Assembly (NCBI GenBank): GCA_965226245.1
Contig: CBDDCL010000015.1
Location: forward strand, 3,574,515-3,638,514
Direction of reading: 5' to 3'
Origin: Bryobacterales bacterium
Lineage (GTDB): Bacteria; Acidobacteriota; Terriglobia; Bryobacterales; UBA6623
Length of the DNA: 64,000 nt
Made by a program: the position numbers and the translations under genes. The notes below the pieces were generated by a model. That model was not told the DNA's origin, ran no database searches, and saw only the letters and a program-made list of their open reading frames with translations. Of the stretch, positions 1-9,138 are shown piece after piece. How positions within the stretch are numbered: the first letter of the stretch is position 1; every line of letters starts with the position of its first letter.

Positions 1-1192
1 AACCGCCGCCCTGAACCAGAACCTCCGGCGGCCGCGGACGAGAGTTGTAGTTCGAGGCCTGGACGAAACCATAGGCGCCGCAGGTGCAGATGGCCAGCAG
101 GTCGCCCGGCTGCGCATCGGCCATCTCACGGTCACGCGCCAGGAAATCGCCTGTCTCGCAGACCGGGCCGACAACATCGGCGACGATCAGCGAGCCGCTC
201 CGCTTCCTCAGCGGGATGATCTCGTGGTGCGACTGATATAGCGATGGCCGGATCAAGTCGTTCATAGCGGCGTCGACGATGACAAATTCCTTCTTGCCGC
301 TTCGCTTGCGGTAGAGGACCTTTGACAGCAGCACGCCCGCTTGGCCCACGATCGAGCGGCCCGGCTCCAGCATCAGCCGCAGTTCCCTGCCCTGGAGGAC
401 GGCGGCCAGCGCCTTTGCGTGCCCCTCGACCGATGGGGTGTTCTCACTGTCGCGGTAGGAGACAGCCAGCCCTCCGCCGAGATCCAAGTAGCGAATCCTT
501 ACCGCAACGCTGGGCAAGCTTTTCGCCAGATCAACAAGAGCTTCCAGCGCCTTGAGAAACGGCCCCGAGTCGAAGATTTGCGAACCGATGTGGCAGCTCA
601 CGCCCTCCAGGTGCAGATAGGGGTTTGAAGCGAACTTTCGGTAAATCCCGAAAGCCTCGTCTCGTCCGACACCAAACTTGTGTTCATGTAGTCCCGTGGC
701 GATATAAGGATGTGTTGCGGCGTCAATATCGGGATTGACCCGCAGGGCGACAGCGGGCCGAACACTGCGCTGTTTCGCGATTTCCGCCAGCAGCGCCAGT
801 TCGGGCTCCGACTCACAATTGAAGTAGCCGACACCGGACTCGAGCGCGTAGTCGATCTCCGAGCGAGTCTTGCCAACTCCGGAGAAAACCACCTTGGACG
901 GATCTCCGCCCGCCTCGATGACGCGGTAGAGCTCTCCGCCCGAGACGATGTCGAACCCGGCGCCTTCCGCGGCGAGGAGCGACAACACGCCAAGCGACGA
1001 ATTGGCCTTGACGGCGTAGTGAACCTCGTGGGGGATATCTTGGAGGCTTTGGTCGTAGGCCCGGTAATTGGAAACGATTGCACTGCCGGAGTAGACGTAG
1101 ACCGGCGTGCCGAACTGTTCAGCGATGGCGGCGAGCGAGACGTCTTCACAGAGCAAGTGGTCTTGGTGGTAGTTGAATCCGAGAGTGGGCAT
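1..1192 (-). CDS. lysA: Diaminopimelate decarboxylase (3' end runs off the window)
   Basis: Manual translation from ATG at 1192: MPTLGFNYHQDHLLCEDVSLAAIAEQFGTPVYVYS...HYAVKANS...HIGSQI...EPGR...VVGPVCETGDFLA...GAYGFVQASNYNSRPRPPEVLV. Missing from the ORF track because no stop lies inside the window. Confidence 0.95.
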   Translation of the reverse strand, partial: MPTLGFNYHQDHLLCEDVSLAAIAEQFGTPVYVYSGSAIVSNYRAYDQSLQDIPHEVHYAVKANSSLGVLSLLAAEGAGFDIVSGGELYRVIEAGGDPSKVVFSGVGKTRSEIDYALESGVGYFNCESEPELALLAEIAKQRSVRPAVALRVNPDIDAATHPYIATGLHEHKFGVGRDEAFGIYRKFASNPYLHLEGVSCHIGSQIFDSGPFLKALEALVDLAKSLPSVAVRIRYLDLGGGLAVSYRDSENTPSVEGHAKALAAVLQGRELRLMLEPGRSIVGQAGVLLSKVLYRKRSGKKEFVIVDAAMNDLIRPSLYQSHHEIIPLRKRSGSLIVADVVGPVCETGDFLARDREMADAQPGDLLAICTCGAYGFVQASNYNSRPRPPEVLVQGGG

Positions 1193-1237
1193 GGTCACTG
1201 CAAGAAAAACCCGGTCAGCGACCCCGCGAAGGGCCGC

Positions 1238-1438
1238 TCATTGCCCGGCCCCTTCGCCCTCGCTCTTCAATAAGACCGCGAATATTCGGTGGTCGCCGAC
1301 CTTGCGTACCAGCTCGCGGAGCGCCTCCAGAAGCTTGTCGAGATTCGTGGTGTATCTGGCCGCGATCTCTGAAGCTTCGACGAGGATTTCGAGCGTTTCG
1401 GCCTCTTGCTGGACCGCTGCCGTGAATGGGGACGGCAT
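1238..1438 (-). pseudogene. 66-aa GAF-like helical fragment, probably a truncated sensor/phosphatase gene
   Basis: ATG 3 nt after the deoC stop. LEILVEASEIAARYTTNLDKLLEALRELVRKVGDHRIFAVLL resembles the first helices and strand of a GAF domain and then stops. Confidence 0.45.
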
Positions 1439-1440
1439 GG

Positions 1441-2331
1441 TTACCCCGTGCCCCCGGTTGGAATTCCCGCGGCCGCTGCCTGTTCGACGATGCGGACGCC
1501 GGACGACGCGCCGATGCGGGTGGCGCCGGAGCGCATCATCAATTCCATGCGCTGGTAGGAGTTGATGCCGCCGGCGGCCTTGATCCCCATCTCGCCGCCG
1601 ACCACACGGTGCATGAGAGAGACATCCGCTGGATCGGCGCCGGCGGCACCGAAACCGGTCGAGGTCTTGACGAAATCCGCCCCGGCCAGCTTGGCGAGCA
1701 CGCAAGCGGTTATCTTTTGCTGCTCTTTGAGCGAGCCCGTTTCGAGAATGACTTTGACAACGGCGCTGGCTTGGTGAACAAGTTCCGCGAGACAGCGGAT
1801 ATCCGTGAACACCAGGTCTTCGTTGCCGGACTTCAGGGCTCCGACATTGATGACCATGTCCAGTTCTTCGGCTCCCAGCTTGAGGGCTTGCTCGGCTTCA
1901 GAACACTTCACGGGCGTCAACGAGGCCCCGTGCGGGAAGCCAATCACGGTGCATGTCTTGACGCTCGAACTCCGCAGTTCCCGGACCGCTCTCGCCACCC
2001 AGGTGGGCTGGATGCAAACAGTCGCGAAGCGGTATTTTCGCGCCCCGGCGCAGAGCTCGATGATCTCGGCTTCGCAAGCATCAGGGCGCAGCAGGGTGTG
2101 GTCGATGAGGCTGGCGACGCCCTCTTTGGGTGGCGCCCAATCGGGGCAAGCTACGGCGGTTTCCGCAAGAGCCTGAGGCAGCGAGGCAGGCGTCCCGGCA
2201 CCATTCGCCGGGGGCTCGCAGCCGCGCAACGCCCCGGCAGAACCGGCGCCATTGGCAGGCACGTGGCCCAATTTCGCGAGCAGTTCGTCGCCAACCAGGC
2301 GGACGATTTCATCGAGTTCGTGCTGCGTCAT
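1441..2331 (-). CDS. deoC: Deoxyribose-phosphate aldolase with ~70-aa N-terminal extension
   Basis: IDHTLLRPDA, VIGFPHGA, ELDMVINVGALKSG, VKVILETG, FVKTSTGF, IKAAGGI, GATRIGASS motifs. Confidence 0.95.
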   Translation of the reverse strand: MTQHELDEIVRLVGDELLAKLGHVPANGAGSAGALRGCEPPANGAGTPASLPQALAETAVACPDWAPPKEGVASLIDHTLLRPDACEAEIIELCAGARKYRFATVCIQPTWVARAVRELRSSSVKTCTVIGFPHGASLTPVKCSEAEQALKLGAEELDMVINVGALKSGNEDLVFTDIRCLAELVHQASAVVKVILETGSLKEQQKITACVLAKLAGADFVKTSTGFGAAGADPADVSLMHRVVGGEMGIKAAGGINSYQRMELMMRSGATRIGASSGVRIVEQAAAAGIPTGGTG

Positions 2332-2587
2332 GGTGAGTCCCCGAGGCTGTCACCCGCGGCGGATTCAAATCCACAAAGGGGGCCGCCGGACACACTGAAA
2401 CCGAGGGAGTAGCGGAATTCCTAATTGTAGCGGACAGGGCTGGGAACGACTTTCCAAAGTTAGAAAGTTGGAGAGTCTGTCGTCCCGCAGGGTTTGCATT
2501 CAACCGGCTCCGCGACCGCATTCAGACGTTTCCATGAGCGATTCACTCGCTCTGGGCCGATAACGCTAGTGGATACGCGCAATCTGC

Positions 2588-5296
2588 TCACTCCACGGCC
2601 AGGGTCACCACGGGACTGGCTTGTCCCGCGATCGAAACCACGAGGTCGGCTTCCCCGGCGGGCAGGCCTGCCGGTACCACGGCATTGACCTGATACAGAC
2701 TCGTAAAGCCCGGGGTCAGGCCCGCGAACAGTACCCTTGCCGGGCGGCCGCCAATCGTTACCGTCACATCCTCCGCCGTCCGCGCCAAAGGCGAGGCGGG
2801 CGCCGGCTCCCCGCTGGCCACTTCGGGAGAGACGGCGCCTAACCCCGTGCCGTAGATGATAATGGCATCGCCAGCCTTAACCGGCCTCGCCAGCGTCACG
2901 ATCTGGAAATTCGCATTTTGAATCGAGCCGGGACCGCTGCCGGAAGCGTTCCGCGTAAATACTCCCGGTCTCGCCACGTTGACCAATACAGGTTCCGGCA
3001 CCCCCAGACTGCCGGCGTCGGTGCGCCGAACCAGCAGCGGCAAGCTCTCGTTGAGGCGGTCCGCCACCTCGAATGGAAGAACGGCGTTGACTTGGTCTTC
3101 GCGGGAGAACAAGATCGGCAGAGGCCGCCCGCCTAGAATCATTTGCGTCCCCGCCAACTCGGTTGGCAGCGGGACGCTGCTTGCTGAGCGGCCCCCACCG
3201 CTGGCGGGTTCGCTCGACAGGTTGCTGCCGAAGATCGAAACGATCGTTCCGGGCGCAAGCGGGTCCACAACGAAGCTCGCGCCATGGACCACCCCTCCCG
3301 CTGCGATCCGCGGCGGTGAGGAGGAGTTGGGACTTACCGACAGCGCTTGCGTGAGCGCTGCGCTGATGCCCGCGGGGTCGGTGGCGGTTACGGTGACGGT
3401 GGCCATCGAGGGCAGGTCCGCCGCGGGTACGTTCCAGGTTGCGGTCCACAGGCCCGAACCCGCGTGCCCTAATGCCAGACTGGGGGAAGCGATACTGGCG
3501 AAGTCGACGACGACCGAGCCGTCCGTCATCTTGTTGGCGCAGTTGTCCACAACTTCCACCTCGATGGCGGCCGGCCAGCCGGCGGGAATCGAAGACGTGC
3601 CTCCCAGAACCTTGAACACCGGAGCAACCTCCGTTCGAGAGCATCCGGCCTGAGACACGGGATTGGGTGGCTTGAGACTTGTCACAGCTTCTGGAGAGAC
3701 CACGAGCAGCACTTCCACGGCGCGGGTCAGCCCGCCATCGAATTGGAGCCTCAGCAAGCCCCGATAGATACCGGCGTCGAGCCCTTCGAGCAGAACTTCA
3801 ACACCAATGTTTGTAGGTTCACCGGGGCTGACAATTCCCTGCGCGGCTGTGGGCGCCAGCCAGCCGCCTCCCGTCAACGTCAGCCCTTGCAGGGTGAAAG
3901 CGATCGAGCGGCTGGTCAGATTCGAAATTCGAAAACTTTGCGGGGAGGGCGCGGGGTCCGCGGGCGTTGAAGCGAAGATCAACCCCCTGGGATCAACGAT
4001 GGGCCCAGGGTCCCGATCTCCTTCGAGAAGATTCAGCACCACTGTCGTGAACCGCGGCGAGTTAGCTGCATCGGGGGCCGCCACTTCCAGCAGACCGTAG
4101 TAGACGCCTGGGGTCAGCCCTTGCGTACTGACAGCGACATCCACTGTCGCGGGAACTGAGGGTTCGCTGGCGCCCGTTAGGGGGGTTGCAGTCAGCCAGC
4201 CGCCGCCCGACAGCGTATCCAATCCGATGTCCCATGCCATCACACCCAACCCATCGTTGAACACGCGCAGATTCTGGACGGGCACGGCTCCGCCTCCCGC
4301 CACACCCGTGAATGTCAGTCCCCTTTGCGAGAGACGAAGTAACTGCGAACGGCTGCTGATCGCCATGGCCACGGGCGCCACCAGATCGCAGGTGGGACAC
4401 GTCTGCTGCGCTGCGGCGTTCGCAGGGGTCGCGATCACGATCTCTCCTAAATAAGTATCAGGAGCCAGGCCTGCAGGGTTCGCCTCGACCGTCAATGTCA
4501 CCGGCGCCTCAACAGTGACCTCTCCCGAAAGCGGCGAGACGGAAAGCCACGGGCTTGAAGACAGCCCGGCCGCATCGACTTGAAAGCTCGCCGAGCCTCC
4601 GCCCTTATTCAAGACGAGAAGCCTTCGGACGGCCGCCGGCGATTGCTGGACAAAGGAATACGACAGGCGGCTGGGTCGCACGCTCAGCCGCGGCTCCAGT
4701 GAAACAATACCTGCCCCGTGCAATGCGACGGTGTGCGAGCACTCCGCAATCCCTTCATCTCTGATATCGAAGAACGTAATGGTTCCTTCGACAGGACCCG
4801 GCTCGAACGGCGTAAAGAACAAAAACAGGTCCAATTCTGTTTCGGAAATCCGCTCGAATGTTTCGAGAACATCAAACTCTTCGTGGCTGCGGTTGGCTTG
4901 AATGAGCAAGGCCGTTTCACTGCCTACAACCCGAAGTGTTTGCAAAGGCGATTGGACGTCAACAAGAACGGGCCCGAAGCCGATCGCCGGCGGTGCGACG
5001 GAAACGATTCTGCAGGCCTGCTGCTGCGGCCCGAAGATGCTGACCGTCCAGTTGTCGATACCGCTGTTGCGACTGTCCTCACCGTCCCCCCCCAGTCCAG
5101 GAGACACCTCACCGCCGCTGGCCGGAAAGTTACTGACGGAAGCAAAGCCGAATTGGAGAGGCGGCGCCTTATCAGAGAAATTCAGGCACCTCGGTCCATC
5201 TCCAGCGACTCGCGTAAAGTCTCGTGTTTCGAGACCGCTTCGGCCGAACGGAGTCCAGTCGCGTCTCGAGATGCGATCTCTCGGGGAACGGTAATA
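2588..5296 (-). pseudogene. 3' part of a large secreted/surface protein (BACON-like repeats, Solibacter-type TIGR03437 C-terminal domain), separated from its 5' part by a MITE
   Basis: Frame of ORF 2588..5107 stays open up to the element end at 5296. It has repeated WLSVSPLSG/WLTATPLTG BACON-like units and the C-terminal LAPGTIVSIFGSNL...QVNAVLPF...FAGLTPGFTSLYQVNAVVP signature. Confidence 0.85.
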
Positions 5297-5828
5297 CCTG
5301 AATTATGCATTGCGGGGTGCACCTGAGGAGGGCTGAGCCGCAAGGGACCATTGGGGAACGCCCGAAAACATGGGGTAAAAAGGTAGGCTGGCAAAGATTC
5401 CAGCTTCACCAGCCAACCCAAAGGAGGTCACCCAAATGGTTACCAAGCGAAAACAGCATAGCTCCCAAAGGGCCGTCAAACAAGGCCCAGCCGTGACGGT
5501 CTCGCAGCCCAATAAAATCGGGGCATCCACGCCTTGACAACTTCCGCGGCAGGAAGCCGACTCCCTACGGCGGCTTGCCGCCGGTAGTCGAGAGGGCGTT
5601 GATCTGAGAGCCTGGCTATGCGCTATGCATAAAATTTTATGCACTGGCCGCAACGTACTGGAAACACGCCACTTCGGAGCGGGGTTTTGCCGACGCGGAT
5701 TCTGGGCGGGAGGGGAAACCGGGGACGGAGAAGCCAAAAGACCAGTTGCCGAGCTCCCACCTTACGACGGCCGTCAAGCCGCTACGAACGCAGCCGCACT
5801 CGCAAAGCGAATCTGTGCATAATTCAGG
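5297..5828 (+). mobile_element. 532-bp non-autonomous IS1380-family derivative (MITE-like)
   Basis: Terminal IRs CCTGAATTATGCA / TGCATAATTCAGG. 5-bp direct repeat TAATA at 5292-5296 and 5829-5833. Contains the degenerate transposase start (MVTKRKQHSS...PNKIGASTP*) and 3' end, both similar to the full element at 46604-48401. Confidence 0.92.
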
Positions 5829-6232
5829 TAATACGTATTGTTTTGAAAGATCAGCAGATAGTACGTGGAGTCAAAGACTGTGCGTGATTCAAGGTTTTTC
5901 AGGTCGTAACTGTGGTCAATGCTGGTGATGCGTCCGCTTTCCGACGGGTCGTAGACAGCGTCCCCGCGAAGGTGAGCCACGTGAATCTCTACGCCGGTCG
6001 ATTTCGTCTCACCCTCATGCTTAATCCGGCGGAACGCCCCGGGGTTGCCCCTGTTTGGGTCTTGCCTCGCCTCAAACTTCGCGGAGCTTCCGGCCTCATT
6101 GACGATGATCTCCGCCGTCCAATCTGAGTCGTTGAAGTCTTGGTCGGAAAAAGTGACGGTTTGTGCCGCTCCGTTGAGGCCCGTCAGCGCGAGTATGGCT
6201 ACGACCCAGGCAGCTTGTCGTTGATGTTGCAC
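5829..6232 (-). pseudogene. 5' part (signal peptide plus N-terminal domain) of the MITE-interrupted surface protein
   Basis: GGAGG RBS then GTG at 6232; MQHQRQAAWVVAILALTGLNGAAQ signal peptide. Removing the MITE and one TAATA joins ...NNTYY to YRSPRDR... in frame with the 2588 ORF. Confidence 0.85.
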
Positions 6233-6284
6233 TATGGTTTCCTCCGTCGCGGCTCTGGGTCCCCACACGGCCCGAAATGAAGAC

Positions 6285-7640
6285 CTACACTTTCTCGGGT
6301 ACTACATACGGCTGGCGGTAGGCGCGCGTGAGCAGCTTGGACGCCTGTGCGTCGCCGATGACGGTTTCCGTTTTCGAGTCGAAGCGGATGGTGCGGCCCA
6401 CGCGGCAGGCGATGTTGCCCAGGTGCGCCAGAACCGACGACTTGTGTCCCTCTTCGACATCGGCGTTGAGGTCGCCTGGGTTGCGGCCGCGCACGGCCTG
6501 GATGAAATTGTCGAAGTGCGGCTGATTGGCGATTTTGTCGGTTGGATCTTCGGCGTAGGGGCCGGGCTTCTTTTGCTTGCCCAAGCAGCTGTAGTAAGCC
6601 GTGTAGTGCGGGAAGACGAGATAGCCCTCCGAGCCGTAAAAGATCAGCCCCGTGCAAATGCCATGGGTCTGCCACTTGCCGCCGATCTCGGCCTCGGTGT
6701 TCGTGATCCAGGGCCGAATCTCGAACTCCAGCACCAGGCCGCGGCCCTCGTAGCGGTAGGAGGCCGTCTGCATGTTCGGCGTTTCTTGATCGTCGTCGTG
6801 GATGAACTTTCCGCCCATGGACTGGATCGTGCTGGGGTGATCGTCGAGGCCGAGCCCCCAGCGCATCATGTCGAGCTGGTGAACGCCCTGATTGCCCAGC
6901 TCGCCATTGCCGTAGTCCCATAGCCAGTGCGTGCGGCGATGGAAACGCAACGGCGAGAAGGGCTTTTTGGGCGCGGGTCCCGTCCACAGGTCGTAGTCCA
7001 CGCCGGCGGGCACGGCCTCGGGCTTGTCCTTGCCGATCGGAGGGCGCCATTTGTAGGCCAAGCCGCGGGCCAAATAGACGTCACCAATCAGACCTTCCTT
7101 GAGCCGGCGCATGCCCTCGATGATGTTCGGACTGCTGCGGTTTTGGGTGCCGTGCTGAACGACGCGGTTATACTTGCGGGCAGCCTCGACGGCCTTGCGG
7201 CCCTCATAGACATTGTGGGAAAGCGGCTTTTCGACGTAGACGTCCTTGCCGGCCTGACAGGCCCAAACCGTTGCAAGCGCGTGCCAGTGGTTCGGTGTCG
7301 CGATGGTCACGGCGTCAATTTCGGGGTCGTCGAGAAGCCCGCGAAGATCGGTGTGGGTTTTGGGGCTGTTGCCGGAGAGCTTTTGGTATTCGCTGAAGCG
7401 TTCATTGAGGACGGACTCGTCCACGTCGCACATGGCCGCCAGCTCGACATTCTGTTTTTCAAGATTGTGGATCGCTTGAATGTGGCTACGACCGCGGCCT
7501 CGAAGGCCGATAACGCCCACGCGGATGCGGTCATTCGGGCCGAGGCGGTTTGCGGCGATGGCAGGGGTTGCCAGCACGGACGCGCCGGCCGCCACGGTCG
7601 CGGTTTTGCTCAGAAATTCTCTTCGATTGGCGTCTTTCAT
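6285..7640 (-). CDS. Gfo/Idh/MocA family oxidoreductase with Tat signal
   Basis: NRREFL twin-arginine motif, RVGVIGLRGRG Rossmann fold, DAVTIATPNHWHA, KDVYVEKP, GNQGVHQLD. Confidence 0.93.
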   Translation of the reverse strand: MKDANRREFLSKTATVAAGASVLATPAIAANRLGPNDRIRVGVIGLRGRGRSHIQAIHNLEKQNVELAAMCDVDESVLNERFSEYQKLSGNSPKTHTDLRGLLDDPEIDAVTIATPNHWHALATVWACQAGKDVYVEKPLSHNVYEGRKAVEAARKYNRVVQHGTQNRSSPNIIEGMRRLKEGLIGDVYLARGLAYKWRPPIGKDKPEAVPAGVDYDLWTGPAPKKPFSPLRFHRRTHWLWDYGNGELGNQGVHQLDMMRWGLGLDDHPSTIQSMGGKFIHDDDQETPNMQTASYRYEGRGLVLEFEIRPWITNTEAEIGGKWQTHGICTGLIFYGSEGYLVFPHYTAYYSCLGKQKKPGPYAEDPTDKIANQPHFDNFIQAVRGRNPGDLNADVEEGHKSSVLAHLGNIACRVGRTIRFDSKTETVIGDAQASKLLTRAYRQPYVVPEKV

Positions 7641-7852
7641 AGTGGCCTCTTTGCCTGGTTCGGTTTGTAACGACCCTTGGAAGTCGGCTTGGCTGGTTTC
7701 ATTCTACTGCTTAGGTCCCGGCAAACGCCTTCCAGTGGGGCCCACCCGGCGCTGCCCGAGGATCAATCTGCTGGATCCCGAAGCGCCCATGCGTCAGCAG
7801 GCCGCTCAATGCGGGACCCGTCAATTGCGCTGTTGCTGCTTGTCGCGATCCC

Positions 7853-8036
7853 TTAGCCCGCTTTTCTCACCACCTGGCGAGGCGAAGTGCGTGAGAGGCC
7901 CGTCAGTACGAGGCGCGCGCCGCTTGACGAGCGGAGGCATACTTGACAGTACGTTGAGCACGGCGAGCAAGTGCAACGAAGTAATGGCGGGCCTAACGCG
8001 TGCTTCGGCCGGCAGGTGGTGAGAAATGCGGGTTAG
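7853..8036 (+). repeat. ~57-bp imperfect inverted repeat pair enclosing a ~70-nt spacer (MITE or structured RNA)
   Basis: Arms 7853-7909 and 7981-8036 align at 44 of 57 positions by manual count. TTAG occurs at 7853-7856 and 8033-8036. Confidence 0.75.
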
Positions 8037-8068
8037 TTGAAACGGCGGCGCTGGTACGATGTAAACGC

Positions 8069-8641
8069 GTGAACGCCGACACCGGAACACACTACTTAGC
8101 CGACGCACTGTTGCGATTTCGGTCTCTTCGCAGACTGGCCGAGCGGGCTATTGACCAGCTTGACGAGGCACAGTGGTTCATTGAGCTCGCGCCGGGCGCG
8201 AACAGCATCGCCCACTTGATGAAACACCTGGCGGGGAACATGAAGTCTCGGTGGACCAAATTCCTGACCTCGGACGGCGAGAAGCCTGACCGGAATCGCG
8301 ACGAGGAGTTCGAAATCGGTCCGGCGGATACCGCCGATTCGTTGAGGCGCAATTGGGACGAAGGTTGGGCCTGTCAGTGGTCGGCAATCGAGCGGCTTGG
8401 GGCCGAAGATCTCGACAAGACAGTTCTGATTCGCAACGAGCCGCAGTCGGTAATCGAAGCAATCAATCGGCATCTCGGCCACTGTGCGATGCACGTGGGG
8501 CAGATTGTCCTGATCGCGAAATGCCTGCAGGGTAGGGACTGGAGAACGCTGTCCATCCCGAGGGGTGGGTCGGACGAATTCCTTCAGGCGATGAAACAGG
8601 GCAAGCGAACGCTTGGAAACAAGGGGATGTTCGACCCTTAG
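8069..8641 (+). CDS. DUF1572 family protein (DinB/YfiT-like)
   Basis: NSIAHLMKHLAGNMKSRWTKFLTSDGEKPDRNRDEEF and HCAMHVGQIV motifs. GTG start at 8069 is an estimate. Confidence 0.85.
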   Translation: MNADTGTHYLADALLRFRSLRRLAERAIDQLDEAQWFIELAPGANSIAHLMKHLAGNMKSRWTKFLTSDGEKPDRNRDEEFEIGPADTADSLRRNWDEGWACQWSAIERLGAEDLDKTVLIRNEPQSVIEAINRHLGHCAMHVGQIVLIAKCLQGRDWRTLSIPRGGSDEFLQAMKQGKRTLGNKGMFDP

Positions 8642-9138
8642 CCGCGACGCGAGAACCCTCCTTTCTTTCTTTCTTTTTCGTGACGGCTTGCGGGGGTGAA
8701 ATTGCCTTCCGCAGAATCGAGAGGCCCCATTTCCGCTGTTGGGGCAAAGTGTGTTGTTTTCGGCGACTCTCCCGTGGCTTTTGGAATACTATGCACGTTA
8801 AAGTGCGACGCTGGGCGTTGTGGCATGATTTCCGGAGAGACTCGTAAGTCGTTTATTGTCAGTGGACTGTGAGCGCATATTGCAGTTTTTTACAGAAAAT
8901 GTAAGGGTTTGGGGATTTTTTGGTCCTCGCAAAGCGCAGTTCTACTTTTCTTGATTTATCCATGATCGTTTGTGATTCGATTGATTCACCGTTATCAGGA
9001 TAGCGTAGCTGTTGGGGGTATTCTTGCCGGGCGGGCGAGATGTGTTGAAAACACAGGGAATATTTTTCTTGAAGTCTTGTGACTGATTCGGAGATTTCGC
9101 GAATTGGGAGGGACCAGCCGTTGCCAACGGCTGGTTTT

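Noticed and set aside
1426-2412. 328-aa plus-strand ORF
   Set aside because: Antisense shadow of deoC.
5297-5833. In-frame read-through of the MITE (537 bp added, a multiple of 3)
   Set aside because: The gene's frame meets stop codons inside the element (ORF ends at 5774; TAA at 5303-5305).
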